The notes beneath the pieces were generated by a model. That model did no database searches and was not told the DNA's origin. It saw only the letters and a list, made by a program, of their open reading frames with translations. The translations under genes and the position numbers were made by a program. DNA of 64,000 nt from Lytechinus pictus (Eukaryota): assembly GCF_037042905.1 (NCBI RefSeq), contig NC_087251.1, positions 44,084,001-44,148,000 of the forward strand, in the 5' to 3' direction. How positions within the stretch are numbered: position 1 is the stretch's first letter; each line of letters starts with the position of its first letter. Positions 41,501-52,507 of the stretch are shown here, piece by piece.

Positions 41501-41855
41501 GAAAGAATACTGGTGGTTTCATGCAAGTTACTGATTTCTAAAGTTTCAGTTTATGTGTTGCCCTATAGTATTTTTGTGAAAATACTGATTTTCTTACTAA
41601 AATACCGATTTTCAGCCTTTAAAATACTGAAATGTTCTTGATTAGTAGGTTGGCATCTCTGGAAAATGATATGAATATTCATACCCACTTTGTTTGATAT
41701 CCTTTCAGGAGGTAGCTGGAGACGATACAACTGACCTATTCTTAGAAGAAAGAGAAGCCGATCTGAGGCATGCAGAGGAAGAAAAGAGGAAGATTCAACT
41801 ATCTGTACCAGGTATTATCAATCCTCACGACATGCCAGAAGAGATGCAGGACTAG
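20384..41855 (+). CDS. XPO1: Exportin-1 (CRM1), complete 22-coding-exon gene, 1073 aa
   Basis: Exons join in consistent phase with GT-AG sites to 3222 nt. The peptide matches CRM1 throughout ([73 protein letters not shown]). Confidence 0.97.
21119..21220 (+). CDS. XPO1: XPO1 coding exon 2
   Basis: cag|[34 protein letters not shown]|gt. Confidence 0.95.
21819..21953 (+). CDS. XPO1: XPO1 coding exon 3
   Basis: [29 protein letters not shown]...DLAE|gtaatt. Confidence 0.95.
22385..22545 (+). CDS. XPO1: XPO1 coding exon 4
   Basis: [22 protein letters not shown]...ILKLL|gtaag. Confidence 0.95.
23026..23140 (+). CDS. XPO1: XPO1 coding exon 5
   Basis: [27 protein letters not shown]...QYVM|gtaag. 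Confidence 0.95.
23516..23635 (+). CDS. XPO1: XPO1 coding exon 6
   Basis: DNSQNASL...[24 protein letters not shown]|gtatc. Confidence 0.95.
23830..24123 (+). mobile_element. Near full-length tRNA-derived SINE
   Basis: Degenerate A box, B box GGTTCAAATCC at ~23883, central domain ...caacccaggtgaggtgaatgggta, LINE-like tail and (ATT)n end. Confidence 0.8.
25637..26179. mobile_element. Kolobok-like MITE (TTAA TSD), nested
   Basis: TTAA|aggacaagtccacccc ... ggggtggatttgacct|TTAA. Confidence 0.85.
26640..26863 (+). mobile_element. 5'-truncated SINE, nested
   Basis: Similar to 2537-2751; tgtaaagcgcttag...aagcactatataaa tail and (TAT)n. Confidence 0.75.
27906..28034 (+). CDS. XPO1: XPO1 coding exon 7
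   Basis: [20 protein letters not shown]...TQLKQ|gtagg. Confidence 0.95.
28840..28998 (+). CDS. XPO1: XPO1 coding exon 8
   Basis: [31 protein letters not shown]...ILLE|gtgag. Confidence 0.95.
29213..29337 (-). mobile_element. SINE 3' fragment
   Basis: The reverse complement matches the 3' half of the 23830 SINE (attccttgaa...gagct...ccggggtaataata). Confidence 0.6.
29510..29710 (+). CDS. XPO1: XPO1 coding exon 9
   Basis: [25 protein letters not shown]...[13 protein letters not shown]|gtaagt. Confidence 0.95.
30400..30538 (+). CDS. XPO1: XPO1 coding exon 10 (acidic loop)
   Basis: [46 protein letters not shown]|gtaag. Confidence 0.96.
30770..30873 (+). CDS. XPO1: XPO1 coding exon 11
   Basis: [11 protein letters not shown]...[14 protein letters not shown]|gtaagt. 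Confidence 0.96.
31421..31655 (+). CDS. XPO1: XPO1 coding exon 12 (NES groove)
   Basis: [21 protein letters not shown]...[14 protein letters not shown]...KLFEFMH|gtgag. Confidence 0.97.
32231..32374. repeat. Two-copy ~72-bp tandem duplication
   Basis: taga.ttatacaaatgaatgaatgaaaa...tcactgaaccctactgta twice. Confidence 0.85.
32640..32675 (+). CDS. XPO1: Candidate 36-nt alternative XPO1 microexon
   Basis: cag|...|gtgagt, phase 1 to 1, stop-free ([12 protein letters not shown]), TGCATG cluster around it; unconfirmed. Confidence 0.55.
33865..34028 (+). CDS. XPO1: XPO1 coding exon 13
   Basis: [24 protein letters not shown]...CDLQPQQ|gtgag. Confidence 0.96.
34050..34277. mobile_element. Harbinger/PIF-like MITE (TAA TSD)
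   Basis: taa|aggcccagtcacatcgttccgtgcaagccttgcg ... cgcaaggcttgcacggaacaatgtgacagggcct|taa. Confidence 0.85.
35009..35143 (+). CDS. XPO1: XPO1 coding exon 14
   Basis: [15 protein letters not shown]...[14 protein letters not shown]|gtatg. Confidence 0.95.
35455..35559 (+). CDS. XPO1: XPO1 coding exon 15
   Basis: NVDKL...[19 protein letters not shown]|gtgag. Confidence 0.95.
36543..36728 (+). CDS. XPO1: XPO1 coding exon 16
   Basis: [13 protein letters not shown]...[24 protein letters not shown]|gtatg. Confidence 0.95.
37320..37442 (+). CDS. XPO1: XPO1 coding exon 17
   Basis: [17 protein letters not shown]...[17 protein letters not shown]|gtagg. Confidence 0.95.
37949..38189 (+). CDS. XPO1: XPO1 coding exon 18
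   Basis: GSITGEIP...[23 protein letters not shown]...[10 protein letters not shown]|gtacg. Confidence 0.95.
38763..38897 (+). CDS. XPO1: XPO1 coding exon 19
   Basis: [11 protein letters not shown]...[27 protein letters not shown]|gtaaac. Confidence 0.95.
39690..39959. mobile_element. Harbinger/PIF-like MITE
   Basis: atg|ggccccgtcttacaaagag ... ctctttgtaagacgggccc|atg. Confidence 0.8.
40032..40194 (+). CDS. XPO1: XPO1 coding exon 20
   Basis: [12 protein letters not shown]...[10 protein letters not shown]|gtgagt. Confidence 0.95.
40233..40407. mobile_element. hAT-like MITE (8-bp TSD)
   Basis: caggggtgtgag / ctcacacccctg; flanks tcttgtca / ccttgtca; the 3' part also occurs at ~19685-19820. 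Confidence 0.8.
40775..40871 (+). CDS. XPO1: XPO1 coding exon 21
   Basis: [32 protein letters not shown]|gtaaag. Confidence 0.96.
41452..41661. mobile_element. MITE with CAGAG.TGCCAA termini and 6-bp TSD
   Basis: cagagctgccaa / ttggcatctctg; gaaaat at 41446-41451 and 41662-41667. Confidence 0.7.
41709..41855 (+). CDS. XPO1: XPO1 coding exon 22 (stop)
   Basis: [16 protein letters not shown]...[17 protein letters not shown]. Confidence 0.96.
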   Translation, partial: EVAGDDTTDLFLEEREADLRHAEEEKRKIQLSVPGIINPHDMPEEMQD

Positions 41856-43162
41856 ATCATGGCCTCCATCCACTCAAGAGATGAATTAAGAAGTGTCCTT
41901 TGCAATCTCAATATTCACTGATCTTGATTATCAACTTTTGCTGCAATACCAAGTCGTTCAAGCCAGATGCAGTCGGTCATTTGCAGATTAGATTAGATGT
42001 CCCAAAACAGTTTTGGAACCGTGTTATGTAGTCACTATTTCATCTTTGCGTCATCAGGTACAGTGAAACAGAACCAACTAAAATCCTTTAGTCCAGTCAT
42101 TGAATGGCAGTTATTGACTGTGTTACAGTGTCACCTAAGACTTGAAGTAGCCATCGAGGAGGCAGCTCGGAAAAGTTGTAAACAATAAAGTCAGAATCAA
42201 CTTCAATTTTGATTTTGAATCAAGTTGATGGTTTGGTTTTGATTGATGGCTTAGACGACATTCAGGAACTGGTACTCATTAATCTACATCTCCCCATTTG
42301 TAAAGGTATTAAATCCACTCTGAAGACTTGATTGATGTTGTTAGTTACCAAGTTACCAAATCAAACCCCTTTATTTGCATAGCTCTCTCAGACCGATCGT
42401 TAGCGATAATCATTTTATGGTGTAGTTTTCCTTTGGGCGCTTCACATATTATTCCCTTATTACACCACTTAATGAATCATGCATTTTTTTGTGATTTATA
42501 TTGATAAGTCGGGTTGCCACAATCTGAAATAGTGTTATGTCTGTTTATTAAAACAGATAAAGAGTTGGACACTGTTTTCTGGTCAAAGTTTATATTCTAA
42601 TATTGCATATATGTGTTAAGAAATGTATTCATATGATTTCTGCTGATGGGAACTCTGCGGTTCGTCAGCAGAGTTTGTGTTCTTGTACCTTTTTTTGAAC
42701 TCTGTATAAAAGTATTTCAAATTCTGACTGTGCCATGATAGCTAACTTAATGCCATTTAGGTATGGCTTGAGTTTGTACTAAGCAGTATTGGTAATGAAC
42801 TATCCCCAAATCAAGGTTTAATTGCTCTGATTTTTCTTGAGATTAAGTACTTTAATTTCTTTATGGTATATATTTTCCATGATAGCATAAGTAGCAAAGA
42901 AATATTTTTGTTTTTAAATGGTAGATTCCAATATGCCTCATTTAATATCACAAGTCTTTTAATGTAGGCTGAATTTTCTGTTTTATATAAAAATGTTTTC
43001 TTTACGTTGCTATATCAGAATGTGTCTTTTTTTTTTTTTTCTTTCTTTTTTTGTAGAAATCGGTGTTCAATTATGTTCATTTCATGAATTCAGATATGAA
43101 ACACATCCGGATATGATTACTATTGGTTGTTTTTTCTGTAATTCGTTTTGAAATGGCCTTAA

Positions 43163-43407
43163 GCTGCCTTATCACATCTTTCCTCGCAAACCTTGCGTGG
43201 GACTTGCAGGTAACTATTTTGCTACCTACAAGTCGCCCGCAGGTGGCCTGCATTGATGGTATCTCACGCAGTTGCCCGCAGTAGTGCGCACATGTCTGAT
43301 TTGCCTGCTGAAACGTTTTGAACGTGTTCAAAACTTGTTGCAGATGATTGCCCCCCCCCCCCCCCCACGTACCCACAAGGCTTGCATTAGAGTGATGTGA
43401 CAAGGCC
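43163..43407. mobile_element. Diverged relative of the 34050 Harbinger-like MITE
   Basis: Shared ccttgcgtg.gacttgc.ggtaactatttt.gctacc and caaggcttgca...atgtgaca.ggcc; taa flanks. Confidence 0.7.
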
Positions 43408-46400
43408 TAAAGATGTAGACTTGGAACTTTTTGATGATCGCATCATTGTTGAGATAATGCAGAAATTGTGACAAAGTTTGGAAGACACTCATTGTTTCAT
43501 CTTGATAATTCACTCAAACCTAGTATTGCCTGGTTAGATATAAGTAGAAATGATATTCTCTATATTCCCACAGGAACCTTTAGTAGCATTCAGCCCGGGG
43601 ACAAATGGAATTTCTTTCCTTGCTTCTGAAGTACTTTAGTCTTTAGTTTTCCAAGTCATTCCCCATCATTGAAATTGTGCTGTGTGCTAGCTGATACTGA
43701 TTTCGTACAAGTTTAAAAATATTTGTTTTCAATTGTTCTTGTTTAATTCAAGCTTAATCAGTACTTTGATTTTGGTACTTGAAGGTTCAATCTACAGTTC
43801 TTCAAACCATATTTTTTTTTGTTATAAACCATTTAATTACACAAAAATAGCCACATTTCTCAAGATGAGCTAATTTCGGCCATACCACTGTTTAACTTCT
43901 TTACTTCAATTTGTATTTTGTTTTTTGTATTTTTTATATTAAGTTAAGTTACTGTTATTCTTTGTTCATATTTTCCACATTTATGTAGGTATGTATGTAT
44001 TGAACTGAAAATTATTGATGATTTTCTTCATCATTGTGTACATAGACCTAATGTTGTCAGATACATGTTGATTGCTAAATACTATCACTGTGTGATAGCC
44101 AACTGCATTCATGAGGTGCTGCATTTGTAAAATACAATGGCCAAGCATGCATATTTTCATCAACTTTTTTTTCTAAATTGGAAGATTTTCCAGTTTTTGT
44201 ATAGCAGAATTATCAATGCTTCTCAGAAGATTCTGGCAATTCCTGATTCGAAGCATTGGATTGGTATGTTGAATTGTTCAAACATTGTTTGATAGAAAAA
44301 CACAGTAACACATTATAACGCAAGTGTATGTAAATATTATATTTTGCCATCGTGTTCTTCATTTCAAACCTTATGTTTCTAAGAGAAAGAAGAATATTCT
44401 TTTCAATATCAGTAATTGTGCTCCAAATTACATGTATTGACATTCTCTAAAAATAATTAATTGTGATATTCTGTGTTTATAACTTTAGGTAGAGAATGCA
44501 TGCATCCGTTAGAAACGGTGACTTTAGACAGTGTAGTGGGGTAATGAATCTGTGTCCTTGGATAATAATACTTTTTATTTCATCTACGTTGTTGTCTTCC
44601 CAAGCAGGAAGCTACCGGACGAATTTCAAACAAAGTAAGGATTCCAAACATGAGTAGCTAATTATTTTGCAATTGCAGTCCCATGTATGTTTGGTCATTT
44701 GTTGATAACCAGGCATCAATATCCATTTATAAGCATTGGTGTGTTCTACATAATGTTGTCAGTATAATCTGCTGTTTTGAAAACAGACTATGATAAAGAG
44801 CATCAAAGGAAAATATGAATTATGATCTTTGATGTGATATCTTCATGAACAAGTTTTTCTTATTTGCCTTTGAGTAGCTGCATAACACAGCTACAGGAAT
44901 ACCCTTCCACAAAGTTCCCCTAGATACGGTTGATAGTTTTTTGTCTGATTTTTCAGTTCTCATTAATTTGTACTCTCCCAAGAAATAAATGCTAAATACA
45001 GTAAGAATAGTAACCATGCATATGAATTCTAAACACAGCTTCTCAGTGTCATTAGCGATTAGAAATTAGACTAATTACCAATATACTTGTACACGTTGCC
45101 AAAGTTCTAAATTGTACATATCGTAATTTGAATATTTTGCGCATTCAAAATGCAGTATAACCTTTTAAAGATATCCTACTGTTACTGTGTAAGGTATCAT
45201 GGTACTTATAAATGATGGAGTGTGTGTGTATGTAGGAGCCATGACTTTTAAGTCCTCCAGTAATTGTTATCCTCACCCTCGTAATCTCATTTGTAAAAAT
45301 ATACAAGAAAATGTTTGTACAGACAAAATTGTGACAAATCATAATGTTGTGTTCTTCTCTGTAATGTTTCGAGGTGATTCAAATTATGTTTTATTATAAG
45401 TGTTGCGATGCCCTGTTCTAATGTTCAAATAACAGCTGATTATATATTAAGTTCCAAGAGAATTTAATTTTCTGTTCATTAGTGAAGACATGTTTTGATT
45501 GTTTCCTTGTAGGGTAAATGATTGTAATGTACATAAAAGAACACAACCTATTTTGTTAACTTTTCTAGACTGCATAGATATGTGATGCATTGTGATTCAT
45601 TGCACGTGGAACATATTACACGGTCCCCGTTGAATATAGGCAATTTTTATTTTTTATTATTTTCATTGGAATGTTACAAATGTTCGAACCATACAATATG
45701 TCTGATGAGCCAGGAAGCTACTGCACATTTCAAACTCATTTTTGAGCAGGAAATGGTCTGTTTTAAAAGTGTTCTCCTGCTTTCGAGATCCTTTGATGAT
45801 TAACCTACATTGAAAAGGTGTAAATCCAGAAGATCTTTACTCTTACCTTTTGCAGTGGTATCTTGGGGCTCATTTTCAAAGAACTGCATTTTCAATGATT
45901 ATGTCAATATAAGATTTTTTTTTTATCTTTCATTTTGTAGATGTTTACCACGATTGCATATGTATATGAATGTTTGAGACAAAAACAATAAAATATACAA
46001 ATTAAAAAATGAAGGAATCCTCTTTTGTAATGTTCATTCTTTTGTGTCATTCTGTTGAACAGTTCAAGAAAGCCATAAGAGGACCATAAATTGCATGGAC
46101 TAAGCTGATCATTTGATCTGAGGTGTAGAATTGTTGTTTTAGTGGCACAAAACATGGTGTAGTGTGTTTATATTATGCTTTGTCATCAAAAGGAAAAGGC
46201 ACTATGACATTGGAATTGGATTGGATTGTGTGTAATAATGTCCTTTATACTAGTCTACTGCTTGCAAGTACAAGCCCTTTGAAGACAGTTCTAAGTACGT
46301 CGCCAATCAGACATCATTCGATCTTGTAGAGAAAGCATTGCTAGCCAGCTATGCCCCCCCCCTGAAGTTTAATATCTTTTAGTGGACTGCAGAAATCTGT

Positions 46401-46520
46401 TCAACTTGAAAAAAAAAATACTTATACAAGGTATGATTTGCATTATCTGGTCTGAAAAATTGCAGAGACTTGGGGCAAATATACTCGACTTAGAGAGAAG
46501 GGAGCTAATTGATTCTTTAA

Positions 46521-46778
46521 AGGTTGACCCCAGAAAAATGTTGATTTGAATCAAGAGAGAAAAATCAAACGAGCAAAAAGCTGAAAATTTCATCAAAATC
46601 GGAAGTAAAATAAGAAAGTTATGACATTTTTAAGTTTTTGTTATTTTTCACAAAACAGAAACTACTGATAAAACGTTAACACTTTCTTTACTTCCTATCA
46701 TTTTTTTTAACGAAATTTCCCTCGTTATGCTATTTTTTGAAAATTCAAATCAACTTTTTACTCGGTTGGACTAGCCCT
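46521..46778. mobile_element. Internally deleted Kolobok-like MITE
   Basis: TTAA|agg start; both family ends present (gaaaatttcatcaaaatcgg; ttcaaatcaactttt...tggactagccct). Confidence 0.6.
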
Positions 46779-48291
46779 TTTACTCATATTGTTTTGGTGG
46801 GAAATACATTTATCTACTGCGTTTATTTAGCAATAGAGCGTGTCCCAAATAAAATGTCCCGCTCGTATAAACATTTGATGATTAAAAAAAAGTTTCATAT
46901 GAAATGAAGTTCAAATATCTAAAAAAGCTTAATTTATAAATCGGGGGAGGGGCTGTATGGGCTTCACCCCCCCCCCCACTTTTTTTCTAAACCATGCTCA
47001 AAAACGTAAATAAGACCATCTGATTGCGATTTTTTATTGCATGGTCAGCCACGCCCCCACTTTATCATTATCTCCATCTCTAATTCATCATTCAAATTAT
47101 GAACAGATATTACCATTCTGATTGATGTATTATTAATATGATTAGTTTTAAATCTGGGTTTTTCAAGTAATCTGCTTATGATGATCCTTTTAATTCTCCT
47201 GCAAATTGTGTTTGTTATAACAATTTGGTAGTAGATCAATTTTGTTTAGAAAGATATATATTTTCAGTTTTTATCATTTTTTTTTCTATGATTCATGCAT
47301 ATCATGTTTGTTATGCAGGGCCCATAAGGGAATGATTTTTTTAACTGGGATGCTGCTGTAAATTTGGCCAGCAAAAAAAAAAAAAATTGTCATATTGTTA
47401 CATTTCTCCACTTTTTAACAACCCCGCAGGCTACACAGAGCCAAGTTGTTAAGTTGTGGAAAATGTATTATAATACTCGTATGAATGCAGAAGAAAAACA
47501 ATAAAATCCGAGTCTAAGATCTAGAATGCACAAGGATGAAAAAAATTGCCATGTTTGATTCATGACTGATATATATTATGATTCGCGTATATTTCAATAA
47601 CTGCATTCCAGCATCTATCCCTATTTTGCTGTTCTTCTGCGTGTTATAAGTTACCGAGTCAAGTTATATTGTAATAAAAAAAACCTTCTAAGACAATAAA
47701 TGCGAGCGCGAAGCGGGTGCTATATTTTTTTTACGTGACCGTTGCAAAAAAAAAGATTGAGGACTGTTAGTTACTAGGAATTTGATATGAATAGAATAGG
47801 CCTACGACTGATGCCTATCCTAATGCGACAACCGCGATCTCATTTTATAGCAACATCTGACTAACTCATGGGGGACTCTTTCAAGCACTTTAATCATGAG
47901 CAGGATGCGTATCTCACTTACAAAAAGATAAATCTTCGGAGCCCTGGGACTGGAAGCGGACGTAAAATGATCTTCATTTTTTAGTGAAACCTCTTCTTTT
48001 TTATTTGCTTTTAACATTTCTTTGGAACACGGTGACCTCGATTTTGTAGTGAAATCTTTGTTTTTCTTTTATTTTCATACATCAGCACCCCAGTAAAAAG
48101 GCGTTCCCACGGTTATGGCAAAAATTGCACTTCAAAGCTGGGTTTCAAAACGATTTCTGTGCGCCGGAGTCCTGGCTTGCGACGGGAGCGCGAAGCGTAT
48201 TTTTTTAAAAAAATACCCTATACTTGTAATAGACAGAAAGTTTATTCCAATTCTCCCCAGTCCTATACATGAAATTTGGAATATCTGTCAA

Positions 48292-48895
48292 AGGTCAAGT
48301 CCACCCAAGAAAAATGTTGATTTGAATAAATAGAGAAAAATCAAACTAGTATAACGCTGAAAAGTTCATCAAATCCGGATGTAAAATAAGTTATGGCATA
48401 TTTTGAAGTTTCGCTTATTTTTTCACTTAACAGTTATATATGCACAAGTCAGTGACATGCATATGAGTCAGTCGATGATGTCCATCACTCACTATTTCTT
48501 TGGTTTTTCTGATTGTTTGAATTATACAATATTTCAATTTTTACAGATTTGACAATAATTAAGTAAGCCTACCGAACTTGACAGAACTATAAAATGTTAA
48601 AACAATGGTATACACGTTCAAGGAGGAGTACAACTTTGTTTCATAGCTAGGACAACATGGAAAATTGGAATATTTCATATAATAAAATACAAAAGAAATA
48701 GTGAGTGATGATGTCATCAGTCCCCTCATTTTTATACCGACCAGGATGTGAATAAAACTGAAATTATGCAAAACTTAAAAACGTCGTAACTTTCTTATTT
48801 TTACATCCGATTTAGATGAAATTTTCAGAGTTATTCTTGTTGGATTTTTCTCTTTTTTTAATCAAATAAACTTTTTGTTGGGGTGGACTTGTCCT
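48292..48895. mobile_element. Kolobok-like MITE
   Basis: aggtcaagtccaccc ... ggggtggacttgtcct; colinear with 12274-12850. Confidence 0.8.
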
Positions 48896-49369
48896 TATTT
48901 TAAGACGCCTTCCATTCCCCCGTTCAAGCTGGGATCGCCGCCCTTCCGATCGAATTCGGATTCGACTGATGTGACCGATGCTAAGACAGATACATGTACT
49001 TGTATTGTAGGCCTACTACCCTATTATGCATATGGCCATAGACCGATGTCACTTTCCATGCACCGCGCCCCCTTTCGCATGCAGCAGTGCCACATTTGCC
49101 ATGTTGGCAGTTGGCACTTCCATTTAGAAAACTCCTCTGCTGAGATCTCTTAAATGAAAGAGTTTCTTTTCAAAATTCCGAGCGTAATGATTTTTTTCCT
49201 TTTTGTAGAATAACTCAATCAGTTTGAATTAAATTATCAAAAGCGGGAAATATGATATTTATATGTATTAATGTATAAGAAAGTAAATTACAGAGGGAGT
49301 AACAAGAACTTATGGTTTTATGATATCAGACACATGCTGTAATTCGTCCAAACACAGGGCAAAATGGCA

Positions 49370-49631
49370 CATCAACCAATCAACAATGCTTTCATATGCT
49401 ACGACGGTCTCTGACTCGTAGTCATATTTGTACTGCTTCCGGGTTTCTGTGCAGTATACAGTATATACCGACTGTACTCGTACGTACTCTCCGAGCTAAG
49501 TCGATGAACTTGGTCCTCTCCGTTTAAGATCTTGAACGATTCTGCTATGCTTATGGAGGATTGATATCAATATTTCCTTTGTATTTTCAACGTTGGTTGT
49601 CATCGACGTCGTTTCCTAGATTTGTGTAAGT
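49370..49631 (+). promoter_or_regulatory. Candidate promoter / non-coding first exon of the RRBP1-like gene
   Basis: CCAAT at ~49376, ETS-like CTTCCGG at ~49436, CpG-richer sequence, donor GTAAGT at 49626; the ATG exon has an acceptor at 52154. Confidence 0.4.
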
Positions 49632-49882
49632 TTATTTGGGCATGCCTTTATTTGTGTGAGTACAAACATCATTGAAATAATCTTAATTATGAAGGAACAA
49701 GTTTCTTTTTTTTTATTCAGACTCGGTCACGTCAGCTCAGCTCAGGCTCAGCCTCAGCAGAGCAGAGAATCATTCGCACTGCCACCAGGGGCAGGGCAGT
49801 GCCAGTGCACTGAAGGCTGTTCTGTGCAATGCACGAGCGAATACGTTAGCAGACTTTGGGAGTTTGGCAGAACTTCATCATG

Positions 49883-50558
49883 TACCTCAGGCTCAGGCGA
49901 TGTTCGTGCAGCTAGGCTCCACTCCACTACCGCTACACTACGCTCTACCTACCCGAACATCGGGACCATGATTTTGAACCATTTCGGATATTACCGTCTA
50001 CCGAGTCACAAAGGTGGGATGGCAATCATGATAATCGTAAAAATTAAACAAACAAAATATAACGAAAAAGATGATTGACTTAATAATAATATCTTACTCT
50101 ACACCCGTATTTCACTCCGTTTCCATCCTCCAGCTCCAGTTATCCTCAAAATTGGTGATTTTGGGCCAGTATCTTTTTCCTCACACGTATTATTCACGGC
50201 CGATTTCAAAACATCTCATGCGATCGGTCGCTGATATCGATCGCGATCGCATGCGATGTTTTGAAATCGGCCGTGAATAACACGTGTGAGGAAAAAGATA
50301 CTGGCCCAAAATCACCAATTTTGAGGATAACCGGAGGATGGACACGGAGTGAAATACGGGTGTAGAGTAAGATATTAAGTCATTCATATCCCTCGTTATA
50401 TTTTTTTTCTTTAATTTTTACGATAATCATGATTGCCATCCCACCTTTTAATGACTCGGAATATCCGATCTAGTTGACTGTCCCGATGTTCGGGTAGGTG
50501 GAGTGTAGTGTAGCGGTAGTGAAGTGGAGTGGAGCCTGCACGAACATCGCCTGAGGTA
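49883..50558. mobile_element. Foldback element: ~676-bp imperfect palindrome (possibly Mutator-like)
   Basis: Arms tacctcagg...aaaacatctcatgcgatcg / cgatcgcatgcgatgtttt...cctgaggta around a centre at ~50235; flanks aacttcat(cat)g / aacttcatg. Confidence 0.8.
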
Positions 50559-50581
50559 AACTTCATGAAGCTTCTTCAGTT

Positions 50582-50664
50582 CTAGACCAAAAGCTTCAGT
50601 CTCTGTATTTTGGTTGTTCCGCTGAACTACGTTGGCTCCACTCACAAATACATAGACTGAAGTC
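50582..50664. mobile_element. ~85-bp hairpin MITE (sister of 18397-18480)
   Basis: Reverse-complement match to 18397-18480. Confidence 0.7.
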
Positions 50665-50800
50665 TGAAGAGCTTGGACTCCCGTACGTACAGCTAGCCTG
50701 GAGGCGTCTGGCCTGGGGAGTAAAAGTCATCTACTCTACGTAGGCTTACTCCCCACTGACGCCTGGGAAACCAAGGTATATTCATGCACGTACGGCCACG

Positions 50801-51731
50801 AAACCTGAAACTTTCGCCCCCGAGATTTCTACTTTCCCTCTAAAAGATCTAGCCCTAAAACATGTACATGGGGTTCAACTTCATTTCCAACATTTCTGCG
50901 ATATCGATTTCGTTTTTAAAGAAGGATTCAATAAGAAAACGAGAAAAATGTTATGAAAAGATGGGAGAGCTTAGGGCCGTGTTTACGTCGCCATCTTGAT
51001 TTCTTTGTCTTCCGCTTGGCGACAGCACGCAATCGCGTGACCTCAGTGAGACAAAATTTTGGGTGGAAAAAATCATGCTTTTGTTGGTGTTTTGTTCTTT
51101 TGCAAAGCAAGTCTCCAATATGGGAGATTGTCTTCCATATTGGAAAGAGTCTCCCATATTGGCCGTGCGCCTCTACTGTTAGCTAAGGGAGTAATAAGTT
51201 GCACATTACCTGGCATGAAACTGAAATGCCAAAGCAAAATTAAAGGGAAATCAAATTCAAAACTAACCCAGGGAGCTCCGGCCTGCCGGAGACCAGGACT
51301 TGTCCGTGTAATACTAGGCAGACATGGGTACTCTCCAAAATGGGGTAGAATTAGCCAGGAGGCTTCTAGAGAGTAAAAATAATTTACTAACGTATGCTTA
51401 CTCTCAACAAAGCCAGGTATTCGATCCCATTCATCTACACGCACCGCCAAAAAACCTCAAACTTTCACCCCTGTGATTTCTACTTTCCTTCTAAAAGATC
51501 TAGCCCTGAATCATGTACATGGAATACAACTTCATTTCCGACATTTCTACGATATTGATTTCATTTTTTAACAAGAATTCATTCAAAAAACATGAAAAAT
51601 GTTATGAAAAGACGGTAAAAAATCACCACCGTGTTTATGTCGCCATCTTCTTCTTCCTCCGCTGATCCCGGAGATCTACAGCTGGTTGCTGCATTGTTGC
51701 ATTGTTGATTTCATTGTCTTTCGCTTGGCGA
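50801..51731. repeat. Diverged direct repeat of ~200 bp (50801-50997 and 51452-51649)
   Basis: Shared aaacct.aaactttc...ctaaaagatctagccct...catgtacatgg...gttatgaaaaga...ccgtgttta.gtcgccatctt, each followed by ttgtctt.cgcttggcga. Confidence 0.85.
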
Positions 51732-51801
51732 AAGACAATCGAATCAATCAAATATATGGATGAAGTTCTATTGTGACACAGAATCCTGACATCGAGGCAC
51801 C

Positions 51802-51897
51802 AACTGGACCCTCATAAAAAGGAAAAGTTATACCTCCATGTCGCGTTTGAAGGAGAACGAACGAGACAGAACTTTTCCTTTTTTTGAGGGTCCAGTT
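51802..51897. repeat. Short hairpin / MITE
   Basis: 28-bp IR aactggaccctcataaaaaggaaaagtt / aacttttcctttttttgagggtccagtt. Confidence 0.75.
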
Positions 51898-52162
51898 TTC
51901 TCCATATAGTCAGATTGTTGACAAAGTGGCATAACAGTTATGCTATTAGCAGGTCGTTTAATTGGCATTTAAACTTTTTGACTCAATCTCAAACATGTTG
52001 ATTATTGATAACAAGTGGTTGCAGAGAACTAGTGGATATAAAGGTGACATTCTCTTAACTATTTTTTTCCTTATGAACATTTTGCAATCATAGTCTCTTT
52101 TAAATGTGGTATAAATAATGATTATAAAAATTATGTTTCTATTCTTGAAAACAGAAATCATC

Positions 52163-52507
52163 ATGGTAGTTGATCTGTACGAACCACAGTACCTGGCCCT
52201 CATTGTGTTTGGGGGCTTTGTGGCACTCTCCTTCGTGGTCTACGCGTTCTCAGCTTTCGGAATACAAGAGAAGTCGTACGAGCAAGCTGTTGCCGAGCAA
52301 CGGGCGAGGCTGGAGAAGGAGCAGATACAGCAGAGAGAAGGCAAGCGTCAGAAGCGCAAGCAATTCTTTGAGAAGAAGAAACGCGAGCGGGAAAAGCATG
52401 ATAGCTCTCCAGGAATTCTGCGCCAGGAGGTTGCACAGGCCATTGATCCGTACGTGGAAGAGATGGAACAGGCACCTCCATCTCCACCACCAGTCAAGGA
52501 GGAGAAG
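52163..52507 (+). CDS. RRBP1: Ribosome-binding protein 1 (p180)-like, first coding exon
   Basis: MVVDLYEPQYLALIVFGGFVALSFVVYAFSAFGIQEKSYEQAVAEQR resembles the RRBP1 N-terminus as I recall it (MDIYD.QTLGVVVFGGF...FSMKETSYEEALANQR): signal anchor followed by a basic region. Confidence 0.8.

Noticed and set aside
50071..50387. Pair of similar ORFs on opposite strands
   Set aside because: Consequence of the palindrome; no coding features.
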